From Mobula hypostoma (taxonomy: Eukaryota), in contig NC_086097.1 of the NCBI RefSeq assembly GCF_963921235.1, forward strand, positions 170,936,001 to 171,000,000: a stretch of DNA of 64,000 bases, written 5' to 3'. Both the position numbers and the translations under genes were made by a program. A model generated the notes under the pieces. It was not told where the DNA came from. It did not search any database and saw nothing but the letters and a program-made list of their open reading frames with translations. Every line of letters begins with the position of its first letter. The stretch's first letter is position 1. This document shows, in pieces, positions 1 through 12,540 of the stretch.

Positions 1-179
1 GTGAAATTCAATGCCATAGGTAGAGATTGAGATGATGAACAGAGATTCATTTAAGAAGCTCACTTCATGAGAAGCCAACAGGATGAGGCTTGACAGGCTG
101 AATGGCCAGAGATTGATGGGCTGAACGGCCTCCCCAAATGCAGTACAGCTGAGCGTGAGGAATTTCATGTGGAACATAA

Positions 180-1520
180 ATAGAGTTTATATTATTTGTT
201 ATACATGATGCTGGTGAGGCTGCACTTGGAGTATAACGTTCAGTTTCAATCATCCTAGTAGAGAAACAATGTTGTAAAACTGGGAAGAGTGCAGAAAAGA
301 TTTACAAGGATGTTGCCAGGATGCAAAGGACTAAGTTATAGGGAGAGGTTAAGCAGACTGGGACTTTATTCCTTGTAAAGTTGGAGACTGAGAAGTAATC
401 ATACAGAGAGATGTCTAAAATCATGAAGGACATAAATAAGGTGAATTCACATGTTTTTTCCCAGAGTTGGGGTGTAAGTTGAAAGTAAAGGGGGGAAACA
501 TTTAAGAGGAACTTAAGGGACAGCTGTTTGGCACAAAGGCTGGTATCTATGTGGGATCAGCTACCAGAGGAAGTGGTTGAGTTTGATACACTAACAATGT
601 ATAATAAACAGTGGACAGGTACAGTACATGGACAGGAAAAGAGAGATGTTTTCCAAACACTGGCAAATGAGACTACATTGGATGGGGCGTCTTAATTGGC
701 ACGGAACAGTCAGGGACAAGAGTCTGCTTGTACTGCATGACTAATGTCAATAAGATGACCCCTCTTCTAAATGAAGAACATAGATTCAACATATTCAGAG
801 AGCTTAAATAGGTTGGTTCTTATTCTTTGAAGTTTAAAAATATGATAGATATTGTTCATGAAAAAGACAAGATCCAAAGGACCATGGCAAAGTAGATGAG
901 ATTTTTTTTACTAGTGAGACAGTTTCAGACAAGGGGACAAGGTTTCAGGATAAGGCACTGATCAATTAAAACTGAAGCATTCAAAGATCTATTCTTGCAG
1001 AGAATGGAAAGCCTCTAGAATCATCACCCAGGAGAGTTATTGAAGCTAGTTCATAAGAGGCATTTAAAGGTAAGGTAGAAAAATCTTTGAATGATAGGAG
1101 GATTGAAGGTTATAGGGAACTGGCATTGAAGATGAGTTGAGGCTGTGGTCTGTCAACCTAGTCCATCAGGAATAGATAGGGATGATATGGGGGGGATGTT
1201 TCCTATGGTGGGGGTATCCAGAATTAGAGGGCACAGGCTCAAAATTGAGGGGCGACCTTCTAGAACAGAGGTAAGGAGGATTATTTAACCAGAGAGTGGT
1301 GAGTCTGTGGAATGCTCTGCCACAGACTGTAGTGGAGGCCAAGTCCGTGGGTATATCTAAGGTGGAAGTTGATTGTTTCCTGATTGGTCAGGGCATCAAA
1401 GGATGTGGTGAGAAGGCAGGTGTAAGAGTTTGAGTGGGATCCAGGATCAGCCATGAAGGAATGGTGGAGCAGCCTCAATGGGCAGTATTGGCTAATTCTG
1501 CTCCTATGTCTTATGGTTTT
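180..1520 (+). mobile_element. Tandem decayed CR1 LINE 3' fragments
   Basis: CR1 ORF2 C-terminal remnants (VQKRFTRMLPG-like at about 290-320), ending in the CR1-type tail aattctgctcctatgtcttatgg at about 1495-1516. Confidence 0.75.
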
Positions 1521-1744
1521 ATGTTCTAATGATGATCTGGTAGATCTGGTGACCTACTCTTGCTTTTAGGTTCTGAAATTCTTGGATCTTTACTTAGGGA
1601 TTGACTGCATTTCTGAAGCACCTTATTGGTTGTAAAGGTTTCAGTGTGTCCTGTCTGATCACTCCAGCTCTGAATATGATCAAATGTTTTGGGTGCTTTT
1701 TATCTCTGCCCTGTGAAATTCTATGCCACTATATTTGGAACTGG

Positions 1745-2215
1745 AATTCCAAATTGGAATTGGCATTGGTTTATTATAGTCAAATGAACAAAGATACAAT
1801 GAAAATCTTGTCTTGCATACTGTTCATATGGATCAAATCATTACATACTGCATCGAGGTAGAAGAGGGTAAAACAGAATAAAGTAGAACAGCTGTAGAGA
1901 AAGCAGGTGAATAATAAAGAGCAAGTTCTTAACGAACTAGATTGTGAAGGTCAACCATTCAATTTATCGTATTAGGGAACTAATTAATAATCTTATACAC
2001 AGTGTGGTGGAAGCAGCCCTTGAACTTGTTGATACATCCTTTCATGCTTTTGCATCTTCTGTAAGATAGGAGAGGAGGGAAAGGAGTATGATTGAGGTGT
2101 GTGGGGTCTTTGAGTATGCTGGCTTTGTACAGAGGCAGTGAGAAGTATAGACAGAGTCCATAGAAGGGAGGCTGGTTTCCATGTTGTGTTGAGCTGTGTC
2201 CACAACTCTGTGTCA
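1745..2215 (-). mobile_element. Rex1/Babar-type LINE 3' fragment
   Basis: Minus-strand ASILKDPTH remnant and an aataaaccaat tail; same family as 8850-9430. Confidence 0.65.
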
Positions 2216-2249
2216 ATAACAATTGTTCTCCATTGACAATAACCTGCAG

Positions 2250-2501
2250 ATAACACTGCCGTAATCTTGACGAAGAGAGCTGGCTTCAGCCGACATGAGC
2301 AGGCTGTCTATTTCCTGCCTATTGTGATTGTGGACAACGGTGTTCCAGCACTGAGCAGCACCAACACTCTTACCGTGCGAGTTTGCAGTTGCGACGATGA
2401 AGGCGTGGCCCACTCATGCAATGCTGAAGCCTTTGCCCTTCCTGCTGGCCTCAGCACTGGAGCTTTCATTGCTATACTGGCCTGTGTGCTAACTCTGCTA
2501 G
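2250..2501 (+). CDS. cdh7: Penultimate coding exon of a type II classical cadherin (CDH7-like): end of EC5 and start of the transmembrane helix
   Basis: Acceptor cctgcag|AT at 2249/2250 and donor CTAG|gtaagt at 2501/2502; 252 bp, phase 1-1. Translates (D)[83 protein letters not shown] and joins in frame to the 9482 exon. Confidence 0.93.
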
Positions 2502-2667
2502 GTAAGTGGATCTATTGGTAATGGAACTGGTTTTATTATTGTCATGTGTTGTCAGATACAATGAAAACCCTTTTCGTCTGCATGCCATCCAATCAGATCA
2601 TGCCATACGTAAATATATTGAGGTACTACAAGGAAAAGCAGAATGCAGAATATAGTAAACATAAGTG

Positions 2668-2820
2668 ATTCTGCAGAATCTGGAAATCTTGAGTAACACA
2701 CACAAATACCGGAGGAACTCAGCAAGAAAGGCAGCATCTATGAAGGGGAATGAACAGTTGACGTTTCAGGCCAAGTCCCTTCATCAGGATTTGCTGAGTT
2801 CCTCTAGCATTTTGTGTTTG
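2668..2820 (-). mobile_element. Short Penelope terminal-repeat derivative with hammerhead core and a short inverted arm
   Basis: Minus strand 2755-2790 reads atc-CTGATGA-agggacttggcct-GAAACGTC-aactg; 2791-2817 is the reverse complement of about 2698-2725. Confidence 0.7.
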
Positions 2821-3549
2821 TGGATGAAGAAAATAGTGTTGAAGCTATAGGGAAAGTACTTGCAGCAGCATCACAGGCACATAGCATTAGTGACACATTT
2901 TGGATCAAAACATACATTAACTATAAATTATACAAGTAGGTAAATAGCTGAGTTGATGTGTCATTGTCCTGCAAGTTGTTGCAAACATCTGGAGTGAGAG
3001 CATTTGTCTGTGGGGAGACTGTAAGTTAGATAAAGTCCCAGCTCAGTCAGTACTGGGAGCACTTGCTGGATAATTAATGCTGACTTTAATGGCATTTATC
3101 ATTATTAGTAGAGATCCAGCAACTTGAAGTGGGCAAGACACAGCCAGCAATTTTTAACTGGCACTGTGTGTGCAGTTATTTCTGCTGCTCCACTGTTTAG
3201 AAAATCAGATTGCTTGGAACATCCTTGAAGGACAAGCTAGTTTTAGAAAAGTGCGGAGAAGATTAGCTTGATTAATTTCTGGAAATGAAGCATTTCCTTA
3301 AGAGGAATAGTTGGGTCTTTATTCCCTTGAGTTTGAAAGGTTTCACAGAGTAGGTAGAAGTCATTGAGAGCTACAGCTTAGGAACAATTCCATTAGTCCA
3401 GTGAGTCTGTGCCAAATATCATCCACCTGTTTATTCTAATCCTATGTTAATTCCATTTATTATTCTCCATGCTTTTTCATTAATAGTGTGAAATATTTCA
3501 TAATAAAGGAATTACAGGGTAAATATTGACACAAAGATAAGGGGGCATA

Positions 3550-3975
3550 AGAGACTGCAGATGCTGGAATCTGGAGCAAAATTAAAAATTATGGAGGAAC
3601 TCAGCAGGTTGGGCAGCAAGTGTGGAGAGAAATGGACAGGTGACATTTTGGATCGAGACCCTTCATCTGGACTGAAAGAATAGAGGGAGGATAGCTAGTA
3701 TAAAAAGGTGAGGAAAAGAGGGGTTAGCAAGAGCTGCCCAGTGATTGGTAGATGTTGGTGAGGAGGAGATGATTGGTGGGGTACAGTCAGGTGGGGAGGG
3801 AAAAGTGGAAATAATGACTCCTGCCTTTCACCCCTCCTCTCCTGGAGACATATAACACCTATCAGCTCTTGCTTCACACTTCCTCTCAGCTCTCTATACT
3901 GGTAGTCTTCCCTCAACTCTTTCAGTCCAGATGAAGAGTCTCAAACTGAAACATCAAATATTTCCCTCCACAGGT
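3550..3975. mobile_element. Foldback element built from two inverted Penelope-like terminal repeats
   Basis: Degenerate ribozyme-like motif cagtcCAGATGAag.gtctc...aaa on the minus strand at 3637-3678 and on the plus strand at 3919-3958; the internal purine-rich and pyrimidine-rich arms are mutually reverse complementary. Confidence 0.6.
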
Positions 3976-4649
3976 CTGTCCCAAACATAAGGGATTTTAG
4001 AACTGGGTTAAGGGGAAGGATATCCTCAGAATATCTCCCCTCAGAAGATCATTAATGTTTGGGATTCTTTACCCCAGAGAACTGTGGAAACAAAGCCATT
4101 AAAAAAAAGTTGAAACATATCGAATTATATGTATATGGATGGAAATTAGGGGCAGCAAGGATTATGACATCTGACAGGAAAGCAGAACTGATGATAAAGA
4201 TCAGACTAGCCATGGATTTATTGGATGGTGAAGAAGGCTGTGTATGGACAACTTGAGATGAGTTTTACATAAAGCTCATTCATAATGATCAATTTCTCAG
4301 CCAGGGTTCAACTAAAACAGATTGGTGCTCCTGTTCTTCACATCCCTTTCCCATTTCTGTTACACCGTGAGGCAGATTTCTGAATTACTGAGGCACGATA
4401 TGATTACATTAGTGCTGCCCTGTGAATGCTAAGTGTGTGAATTATGTGCCTCCACATTACACACAGCAAGGAGTAAAGACTGGTTGTGGAAAGGTAATTA
4501 CAGTTGTGCTTTTAACAGAGAATCACTCAATGTCCAAACATATCCAGTTTCCATTTGGAACCTCTGAACTGTGATTCCAAATGAGATGAGATGAGATAGA
4601 GGTGATGAACTTGCTGCCGGAGAGGCAAACCAGTTGACCATTTTGGAAC

Positions 4650-5430
4650 TAAGACTGGTATTGGTATTGGTGTATTATTGTCACATGTACCAAGATGCAG
4701 TAAAAAGCTTGTCTGTTCATAGAGGTCAAATCATTACACACTGTATTGAGATAGAACAAGGTAAAATAATAACAGTACAGAATAAGGTGCAAAAGCTACT
4801 GGAAAAGTGTAGTGCAGGAAAATGAAAAAATGCAAGATCATAATGAGGTAGATTGTGAGGCTGAGATTCCATCTTGCCTTATAAGATGTCCAATCAAGAT
4901 TCTGATAACAGTGGGATAGGAAGTAACCTTAAGCCTGGTGGTATGTGCTCTCAGGCTTTTGTATCTTCTGCCTGATAAGAGAGGGGAGAAGAGGGAAAGT
5001 CCAGGGAGGGTGAATCCTTTGATTATGCAGGTTGCTTTACTGAGGCAGTGAGAAACATCAACAGAAACCAGAGAGGAGAGGCTAGTTTCTGTGATGTGCT
5101 CAGCTATATCCACAACTCTGCAGTTTTTTTCAGTCATGTGTGGAGTAGCTGCCATACTAAGCTGTTATGCATCCAGATAGGATGCTTCCCATGGTTCATC
5201 AATAAAAATTGGTAAGGGCCGACAGGGACTTGCTGAATCTCTTTATCCTCCAGTCATTAGAGACATTGGTGATTTTCTTGACCATAATATCAATGTGGTT
5301 GGACTAGTACAGGCTATTCGTGATGCTTACACCTAGGAACTTGAAGCTTTCAATCATCTCAACCTCATCACCATTGACGTAGTAAGGAGCATGTGCACTG
5401 CCCCCCACCCTTTCTGAAGTCATACTTGAT
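4650..5430 (-). mobile_element. Rex1/Babar LINE 3' fragment
   Basis: ORF 4838-5155 contains KATCIIKG...PLLSGRRYKSLRAHTTRLK, the typical Rex1 ORF2 C-terminus. Confidence 0.75.
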
Positions 5431-5519
5431 AAGGTTCATTTTTGTTGAGGAAAGGGATTTGGAACTAGATTGTGTCAATCTGAAACCCTCAAGATGAGCC
5501 ACTGAGTGTGTTGAGGTAG

Positions 5520-6890
5520 ATTTCAGGAAATATAGGCTGGTAAGTCTGACATCAGTAGTGGGAAAGTTATTGGAAGGTATTCTAAGGATCAGATATCTAA
5601 GTATTTGGATAGACAGTGACTGATTAGGGATGGTCAGCTTGGCTTTGTATGTGTGTGGTAGGTCATGTCTTTTTTGAAGAAGTTACTAGGAAAATTGATA
5701 AAGGCAAGGCAGTAGAATTTAATTAGGCATTTTACAAGGTCCTGCATGCAAGGCTGGTCAAGAAGGTTCAGTCGCTCTGCATTTAAATGAGATAATAAAT
5801 TGGATTAGACATTGACTTTGTGGGAGAAGCCAGAGAGTGGTAGTAAATTGTTGCCTCATTGTCTGGAGGCCTGTGACTAGTGAAGTGTCACAGGGATCGG
5901 TGATGGGTCTATTGCTGTTCGTCATCTATATCAACGATCTGGATGATAATATGGTTAACTAGATCAGCAAATTTACGGATGACATCGAGATTGGAGGTGT
6001 AGTGGACAGTGAGGAAGACTACTAGAGATTGTAGTGGGATTTTGGACGAGTTGAAAAAATGGGCTGAAAAAGGGCAGGTGATATTTAATGCATACAAGTG
6101 CAATGAGATGCACTTCCGTAAAACTGACTCGGGTAGGTCTTACACCGTGAACAATAGGGCACAGAAGAGTGCTATAGAACAAAGAGATCTGGGAATACAG
6201 GTCACAGGAATAATTAATCTAAAGTGGTGTCATAGGTCAATAGGATTGTAAGGAAAGCTTTTGGTACATGGTCTTCATAAATCGAAGTATTGTGTACAGG
6301 AGATGGGATGTTATGTGAAGTTGTGTAAGACATTGATGGGGCCTAATTTGGAGTATTTTGTGCAGTTTTGGTCACCTATCAACAGGAAAGATATAAGTAT
6401 TGTTGAAAGAATACAGAGAAAATTTTCAAGGATGTTGCCAGGACTGGAGGACCTGAGTTATAAGGAAAGGTTAGGTTAGGACATTATTTCTTGGAACATA
6501 GAAGACTGAGGAGAGATATGATAGAGATATATAAAATCATGAGGGGTATAGATAGGGCAAATGTAGGCGGGCTTTTTCCACTGAGGTTTGGTGGGACTAC
6601 AACTAGAAGTCATAGGTTAAGGGTGAAAGGTGACAAGTTTAAGAGGAACATGAGGGAAAACTTCTTCACTCAGGATGTCGTAGGATGTGGAACAAAGTGC
6701 CAGCACAAGTGGTGTATATGAGCTTGATTTCAACTTGTAAGAGAAGTTTGCATGGGTACATGGATGGTACAGGTATGGAGGGATATAGTCCTGGTATAGA
6801 TCAATAGAAATAGGCAGTTTCAATGGTTCAGCATGGACTAGATGGGCCACAGAACTTGTTCCTGTGCTGTACTTTTCTATGACTCTATGA
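5520..6890 (+). mobile_element. CR1 LINE, decayed RT and 3' end
   Basis: YRLVSLTSVVGKLLE, VSQGSVMGLLLFVIYINDLD..KFTDD, LEYFVQFWSP, ERIQRKFSRMLPGL; tail ttctatgactctatg. Confidence 0.85.
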
Positions 6891-7364
6891 AGGAACCAAG
6901 GGTTATAGGGATCAGACAAGCTGTGATGTTGTTAAATGGCTGAAATTCTGATAAAAAACAAAATTTGGTGACTTTAACTCAAGGCATATCCATTATAATT
7001 GATTTCTCAGCAAAGGTGCAATCTGGCATCTCATTACAGGTGCACAAAACTTTGACTTGGAGTACAATGTGTAGTTCTGTTTGTCACACCATAAGTAAGA
7101 TATGATTAAGGTAAGGTGAAATACATCTGTGGTGAAGGGATAATTTCAAATGCGATGCTCGGGAAATGATTTTTTTCTATATGGAGAGTGTTAGGAGCCT
7201 AGAATTATGGTGGCAGAGGTAAATAGGACAGAGGTTAGCTCTTAGATAGATACATGAATGTGCGAAGAATAGTGGGATATAGGCATTGTGTAGGCAGAAG
7301 GGATTAGTTTAGGTAGGTATTTATTTAGAGACGTAATTAGTTTGACACACCATCATGGGTCAAA

Positions 7365-8310
7365 GGGCATGTCAGTATGGATTAGCAACAACATCTCTTC
7401 CAAGTTCACCATCAGCACTGAGGCACAAGAAGGCTGTGTGCTTTGCTCCTGATTTACTCACTTTATACCTGTGGCTAAGCACAGCTCCTTTGCTATATTG
7501 AAGTTTGCTGATAACACCATTTTTGTTGGCTGAAACAAAGGTGGTGATGAATCAGCATATAGGAGGGAAATGAAAATCTGTTTGAATGCCACAACAGCTA
7601 CCTCTCAGCCAATGTCAGCAAAACCAAAGAGCTGCAGAGGGAAGGAAAAGAGGTACATGAGCCAGTCCTCATCAGGAAATCAAAGGTGGAGAGGATCAGT
7701 AGCTTTAAATCCCATGGCACTAGGATATCCTGGGACCAGCATACAAGTGCTATCAGAAAGGTGGCACAACAGTACCTCTTTTATTATCTTAGAAGTTCAT
7801 GTAGATTGAATATGTCATCAAAATCGCTAACAAACTTTTATAGATGCACAGTTGAGAGTATCCAAACTGGTTATGCCAAGGCCTGGTATGAGAATACCAA
7901 TGCCCAAGAATGGAGAAGTCTGCAGAAAGCATGGATAAAGCCCTCCCCACCACTGAGCATGTTTACATGGAATGCTACCAGAAGAAAACTGCATTCATCA
8001 AGGACCCCCACCATCCAGACCATGCTCTCTTGCTACTGCCATCAGACAAGAGGTTCAGAAGCCTCCTCCCACACCACCAGGTTCAAGAACAGTAATTACC
8101 CTACAACCATCAAGCTCCTGAACGGGCGAGGATAACTACACTCCCCACAATTCTGAACTGATTCTACATGATTCTGTTGTATTTCTTTATTTTCCTGTAA
8201 ATGCCTGCAAGGAAATGAAACTTAACACGGTCTATGACAACGTATGTATGTACATACTGTATGCATGTGTACATACATATGTACTGTATATGTACATTGA
8301 TAATAATTTT
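7365..8310 (+). mobile_element. Rex1/Babar LINE fragment
   Basis: KFADNT, then ORF 7686-8135 with TNFYRCTVESIQTG..AWY and TTRFKNSNYPTTIKLLN. Confidence 0.8.
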
Positions 8311-8849
8311 TACTTTGTCGTTCCTGTGCTGAACTTTTCTGCTTTTCAATGTTACCTGCTCTTTGTTCTATAGAGGGGATGCAGAAGATGTCCATGTGGA
8401 TGTTCCCGGGATTGGACAGCTTGAATTATAATAAGGGATTAGATAGACCTGAATTATTTTCCCTAAAGTAAGAAGGCCGAAAGGTGACCTGTAGAGGTCT
8501 ATAAAATTATGAGAGGCATAGTTAGGGTAGCTATCACAGTCTTTATCCCAGAGTAGAGGCTGCAGTTTTAAGGTGAGAGGGGAAAAAATGGAAGGGGATC
8601 TGATGAATAAGTTTTTCACAGAAGTTGTGGTAGATATGTGGAGTATGTTTTCAGACAAAGTGGTAGAGGCAGGTACAATTGTAAAGTCTAAAAGACATTT
8701 GGACAGGGATAGGAAAGTTTAGTGGGATATGTGTCAAACACAGTCAAATGGGATTAACATAGTTGGGCATCTTGTTTATCACGGACAAATTGGGCCAAAG
8801 GCACTGCTTCTGTGCTGAATAATGTCAATGAGTCTATTAGACCCCATCT

Positions 8850-9430
8850 TCAATTAGAATTGTAAATGGTTTATTAGTATCACATTTGCTGAAGTACAAT
8901 GAAAATCTTGTTTTCCATACTGTCCACAGTGCATTGAGGTAGTACATGGAAAAATAATAACAGAATACAAAATAAAGTGCAACAGCCACAGGGAAAGTGC
9001 ACACGAGAGAAAATCTGCAGATGCTGGAATCCGAGCAGCACACATAAAATGCTGGAGGAACTCAGCAGGCCAGGCAGCATCTATGGAGAAAAGCATATCA
9101 ATGTTTCAGGCCAAAACCCTTTCACAGGCAGAGAGAATGCAGTGCAGCTAGGCAATAAGGTGCAAGATGATAATAAGGCAAATTGTGAGGTCAAATCCAT
9201 CTTATTACACGAGGGAACCATTCAATGGACTTATAACAGTACAGTAGAAGTTGTCCTTGAGCCTGGTGGTAGATGCTTTCAGGCTTTTGTAACTTCTGCT
9301 CGATGGGAGGAGAAGAAGAAAGAATGTCTGTGGTGGGTGGTAGACAGAATTGATTATGCTGTCTGCTTTTCTGAGCGAGAAATGTAGACAGAATCCATAG
9401 AGGAGAGAAGGTATAGTTTCAAAGGGTGAA
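8850..9430 (-). mobile_element. Rex1/Babar 3' fragment interrupted by a short Penelope-derived insert (about 9006-9128)
   Basis: LLPSSRSYKSLKASTTRLKDNFY on the minus strand; the insert atctgcagatgctggaatcc...gtttcaggccaaaacccttt matches the Penelope terminal repeat. Confidence 0.7.
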
Positions 9431-9481
9431 CCGGCCTCCTGATGCAGCACAATGTGACTTATTTTCACTTTTGTCCCACAG

Positions 9482-9975
9482 TCCTCGTTCTGTTTATTGT
9501 GACTCTGCGCCGACGTAAGAAGGAATCATTGGTATTCGATGAAGAGAAAGACATCAGAGAGAATATCGTCCGCTACGATGATGAAGGTGGGGGTGAGGAG
9601 GACACAGAGGCCTTTGACATGGCAGCTCTGAGGAACCTCAACTTCATTCAGGATGTGAAAACCCGACGAGACGTGACGCCAGAGATCCAGCTGTTCTCAA
9701 AACCGCCCCACAAGATGTCCCCTGAGAACATCATCTTTGGGGAGTTTATCTGGGAGAGGATGAAAAGTGCAGACACTGACCCCAGCGCCCCTCCTTATGA
9801 CTCGCTACAGACCTACGCTTTTGAGGGGAACGGCTCGGTGGCAGAGTCACTGAGCTCCTTAGAGTCCATTAGTTCAGCATCAGACCAGAACTATGATTAC
9901 CTCACTGACTGGGGACCCCGGTTCAAAAAGCTGGCGGACATGTACGGCAGTCCGAAGGACAGTGCAAACTCTTAA
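9482..9975 (+). CDS. cdh7: Terminal coding exon of CDH7-like cadherin: end of TM plus cytoplasmic domain with p120- and beta-catenin-binding motifs
   Basis: Polypyrimidine tract and acceptor ttttgtcccacag at 9481. Reads [15 protein letters not shown]...[31 protein letters not shown]...[10 protein letters not shown]...EFIWER...[24 protein letters not shown]...[22 protein letters not shown], stop TAA at 9973-9975. The [20 protein letters not shown] and EFIWER segments match CDH7 as I recall it; paralog assignment not tested by alignment. Confidence 0.93.
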
Positions 9976-10850
9976 TCACACTGGCTAAACAATCGCACTG
10001 ATTTTGTATTCTTGTCAGTTGCAGGACAGTGTCGGAGAAACAAGAAAAAGTAACAGGGAACCATTTTTTAAGAGTCTTGCTTTGCCTCTTTTTAGGTGGT
10101 AACTGCATCATTTGAATTCCCATGGAAACCATTCAAAGCAACCAGTTCATGAGCGCAGTGTTTGAAATTTCTCAATATGAATGTGTTGGATAGCCACCGT
10201 GCTGGGTTGCAAACATTACCTCTTCTGATTTGTACAGGAGAGTTTATCTTTTTGATTTGTTAGGCATTGATCTATTTATATTAATGATTCAAACCCTTCT
10301 CTTACATATTCCAGCCTTGGCACTGGGACATTGTAGGCATGGGGTTTGGTGGGATAACTCTTTCCTTGGCTAGAAGAGGCATGAGGGGATGAAAAGCCTC
10401 CTTCTGTGCAGTAAATTTCTATGGGAATAAATGTTTCTTTTCCCCCTTCAACTCCGGAATGTGTGGATGAAATAAAGCATGAAGGAATTTAATTATAGTA
10501 AATTAACAGAACATTTTTCATCTCCATTAGACACTTAAGAATTACAAGGAATTGTTTTTTACTGGGCTGATATGCTTGGTGAGCTGCTTGGCCAACAAAA
10601 AGAAGAATAATAAAAATTGTTTCTAAATGTCAAAATTGGAAACTTCATCGTATGTCATAATCTGTGGGAAGAAAATTCTGGTGCAGTTTTGTAGACAATC
10701 ATTACTCCATGGTTCAGTAGATTTGCTTCCATTTGTAGATATATGAATAATAAAAAAAATGGGTTTTGTAATAGGATATTAAAAAGTGTCATTACAATTG
10801 GTCATACCTGTATAGTTTTCAATAAAATAATGTAAATGAATATAGTTTAT
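9976..10850 (+). other. Probable 3' UTR of the cadherin gene
   Basis: AT-rich, largely non-repeat sequence directly after the stop codon; the end point is inferred from the polyadenylation signals. Confidence 0.6.
10426..10826 (+). terminator. Cluster of candidate polyadenylation signals (AATAAA)
   Basis: AATAAA at 10426, 10471, 10609, 10749 and 10821; which are used cannot be told from sequence. Confidence 0.5.
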
Positions 10851-12339
10851 GTACCTAGTTCATCAGTGTGCCTTTATTTCAATTTATACCATTCCATTAG
10901 GTTTTTCCCTTGTCTTTATCTTTAGTATTTCCACACACCCAGCTTTTCCCTCTGGGAGGAAAAGTTCAACAACTGGAATTGGATTACCTGTGAATGTCTC
11001 TTTAAGAATGGGTAGAACTGGATACAACCTTAAATTCTGTCCTGATGCTGGGATTCGACACAAAACATTGACTGTTCCTTCACCTCTGCAGATGCTTTTT
11101 GAAGTCTCTTGTGTCTCCATAGAACTCTCAAAGCATGGAATGAGGTTGTTTGGTCCATCTTGCCTATACCAGCTCTTCATTTTTAAGTAACTGTTGAGCT
11201 TCCGATTGAATATTAAACCTGCTTCCATCAGAAAGCTCATAATAAAAAACACCTTTTGGTCAACCCTCTTGTCCCACGGTTTCTGAACATGTTCAGCAAT
11301 TCCTGAGGGTGAACCTTCAACACCTGAGTATTTGGTGCATAACTTTGTGAGTTGCTGGTACAATTCTAAAGCCCTCTTCAAGAAAGCTAATGGTAAACAA
11401 GATTTTTGCCTGGTTTGCACTTCAACATTGGTTGTTGGGATCTTTCAGGAAAGTAGCATTGAGGCATAAGTCAAGCACAAAGTTAAGGATCAATGGAGCA
11501 GTCTGGACCTTGCCTCAGAGAGTGTAAGGGAGGTATGATCAGTGCTAGAATTGTTAGTCAGGTCCATAGGCTATGAACAGGGAAAAAAATCAACAAAATG
11601 AATTTCCGCAGAATATTTCCATGCCTTTCCATTCAGATATTTCCAGAAATTAAGTGAAATGGGCCTTCAGTTCAACTGGTCCAAGCCAACCAAAATGCCC
11701 ATCTGAACTAGTCTTATCTGCCTGCATTTGGCCCATATCCCTTTGAACCTTCTGTATTTGACCAAGTGTCTTAAAATTTTTAGTGTACCTGCTTCAACTG
11801 CTTCCTCTGGAAGTTCATTTCATGTGCAAATCGCCCTCTAAGTGAAACGGTTGCTCCTCAGGTTCCTCTTAAATCTCTCACCTCTCATCTTAAATCTATG
11901 CCTTTTAGTTCTTGATATGCCAATCCTGGTAAAAAGATTGTGGACGTTCATCCTAGCCATGCCACTCGTGATTTCATATGTCTTTGCCGGATCATCCCTT
12001 ATTCTCTTCGGCTCCAATGAATAAAGTCTAGCCTGCTCAACCTCTCTTTATAATGAGTGTTACTGAACAGAGGGAACTTGGGGAAGAAGTATCTAGTGTC
12101 GTGAAAATAGGAGCTCGGGTAGACAAAGTATTGTGAATGGTAAATGGCATAATTTTCCTCATTGGCAGAGGCACTGAGCATAAGATTTGGGAACCATGTT
12201 ACAAAACATTTGGTAGGCTGCACTTGGAGCATTGTGTGCAGATCTGGTCACCACACAAGAGGAAGACATGATTAAGCTACAGTAGGTGCAGAAAAGGTTC
12301 ACAAGGTTGTTACCCAGATTGGAAGTCTTTTTATTTGGA

Positions 12340-12540
12340 GATACAGGTCCCTCCGGCCCATCAAGACCGCATGCCACTCAATAACACCCATGTGGCCAAT
12401 CCGTATGTCTTTGGAATGTGGGAGGAAACTGGAGCACAGGAAGAAAACCCACACAGTCACAGGGAGAGTGTACAAACTGCTTACAGGCAGCGGTGGGAAT
12501 CAAACCTGGATTGCTGGTACTGTAATATCATTACGAAGCC
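12340..12540 (-). mobile_element. tRNA-derived V-SINE (HE1-like)
   Basis: Minus strand has a box-B-like ggtttgattccc followed by the V-domain gtttgtacactctccctgtgactgtgtgggtttt...ctccagtttcctcccacattccaaagac. Related pieces at about 24490-24600 (+) and 53435-53580 (-). Confidence 0.7.

Noticed and set aside
9442..9481. N-terminal extension [13 protein letters not shown] of the 177-aa ORF
   Set aside because: Intronic; the real exon starts after the AG at 9480-9481. Likewise the 2267 start and the GKWIYW tail of the upstream ORF ignore the splice sites.
10884..11420. 178-aa minus-strand ORF downstream of the 3' UTR
   Set aside because: No recognisable domain, non-ATG start, and it runs through decayed repeat fragments including a degenerate Penelope end.
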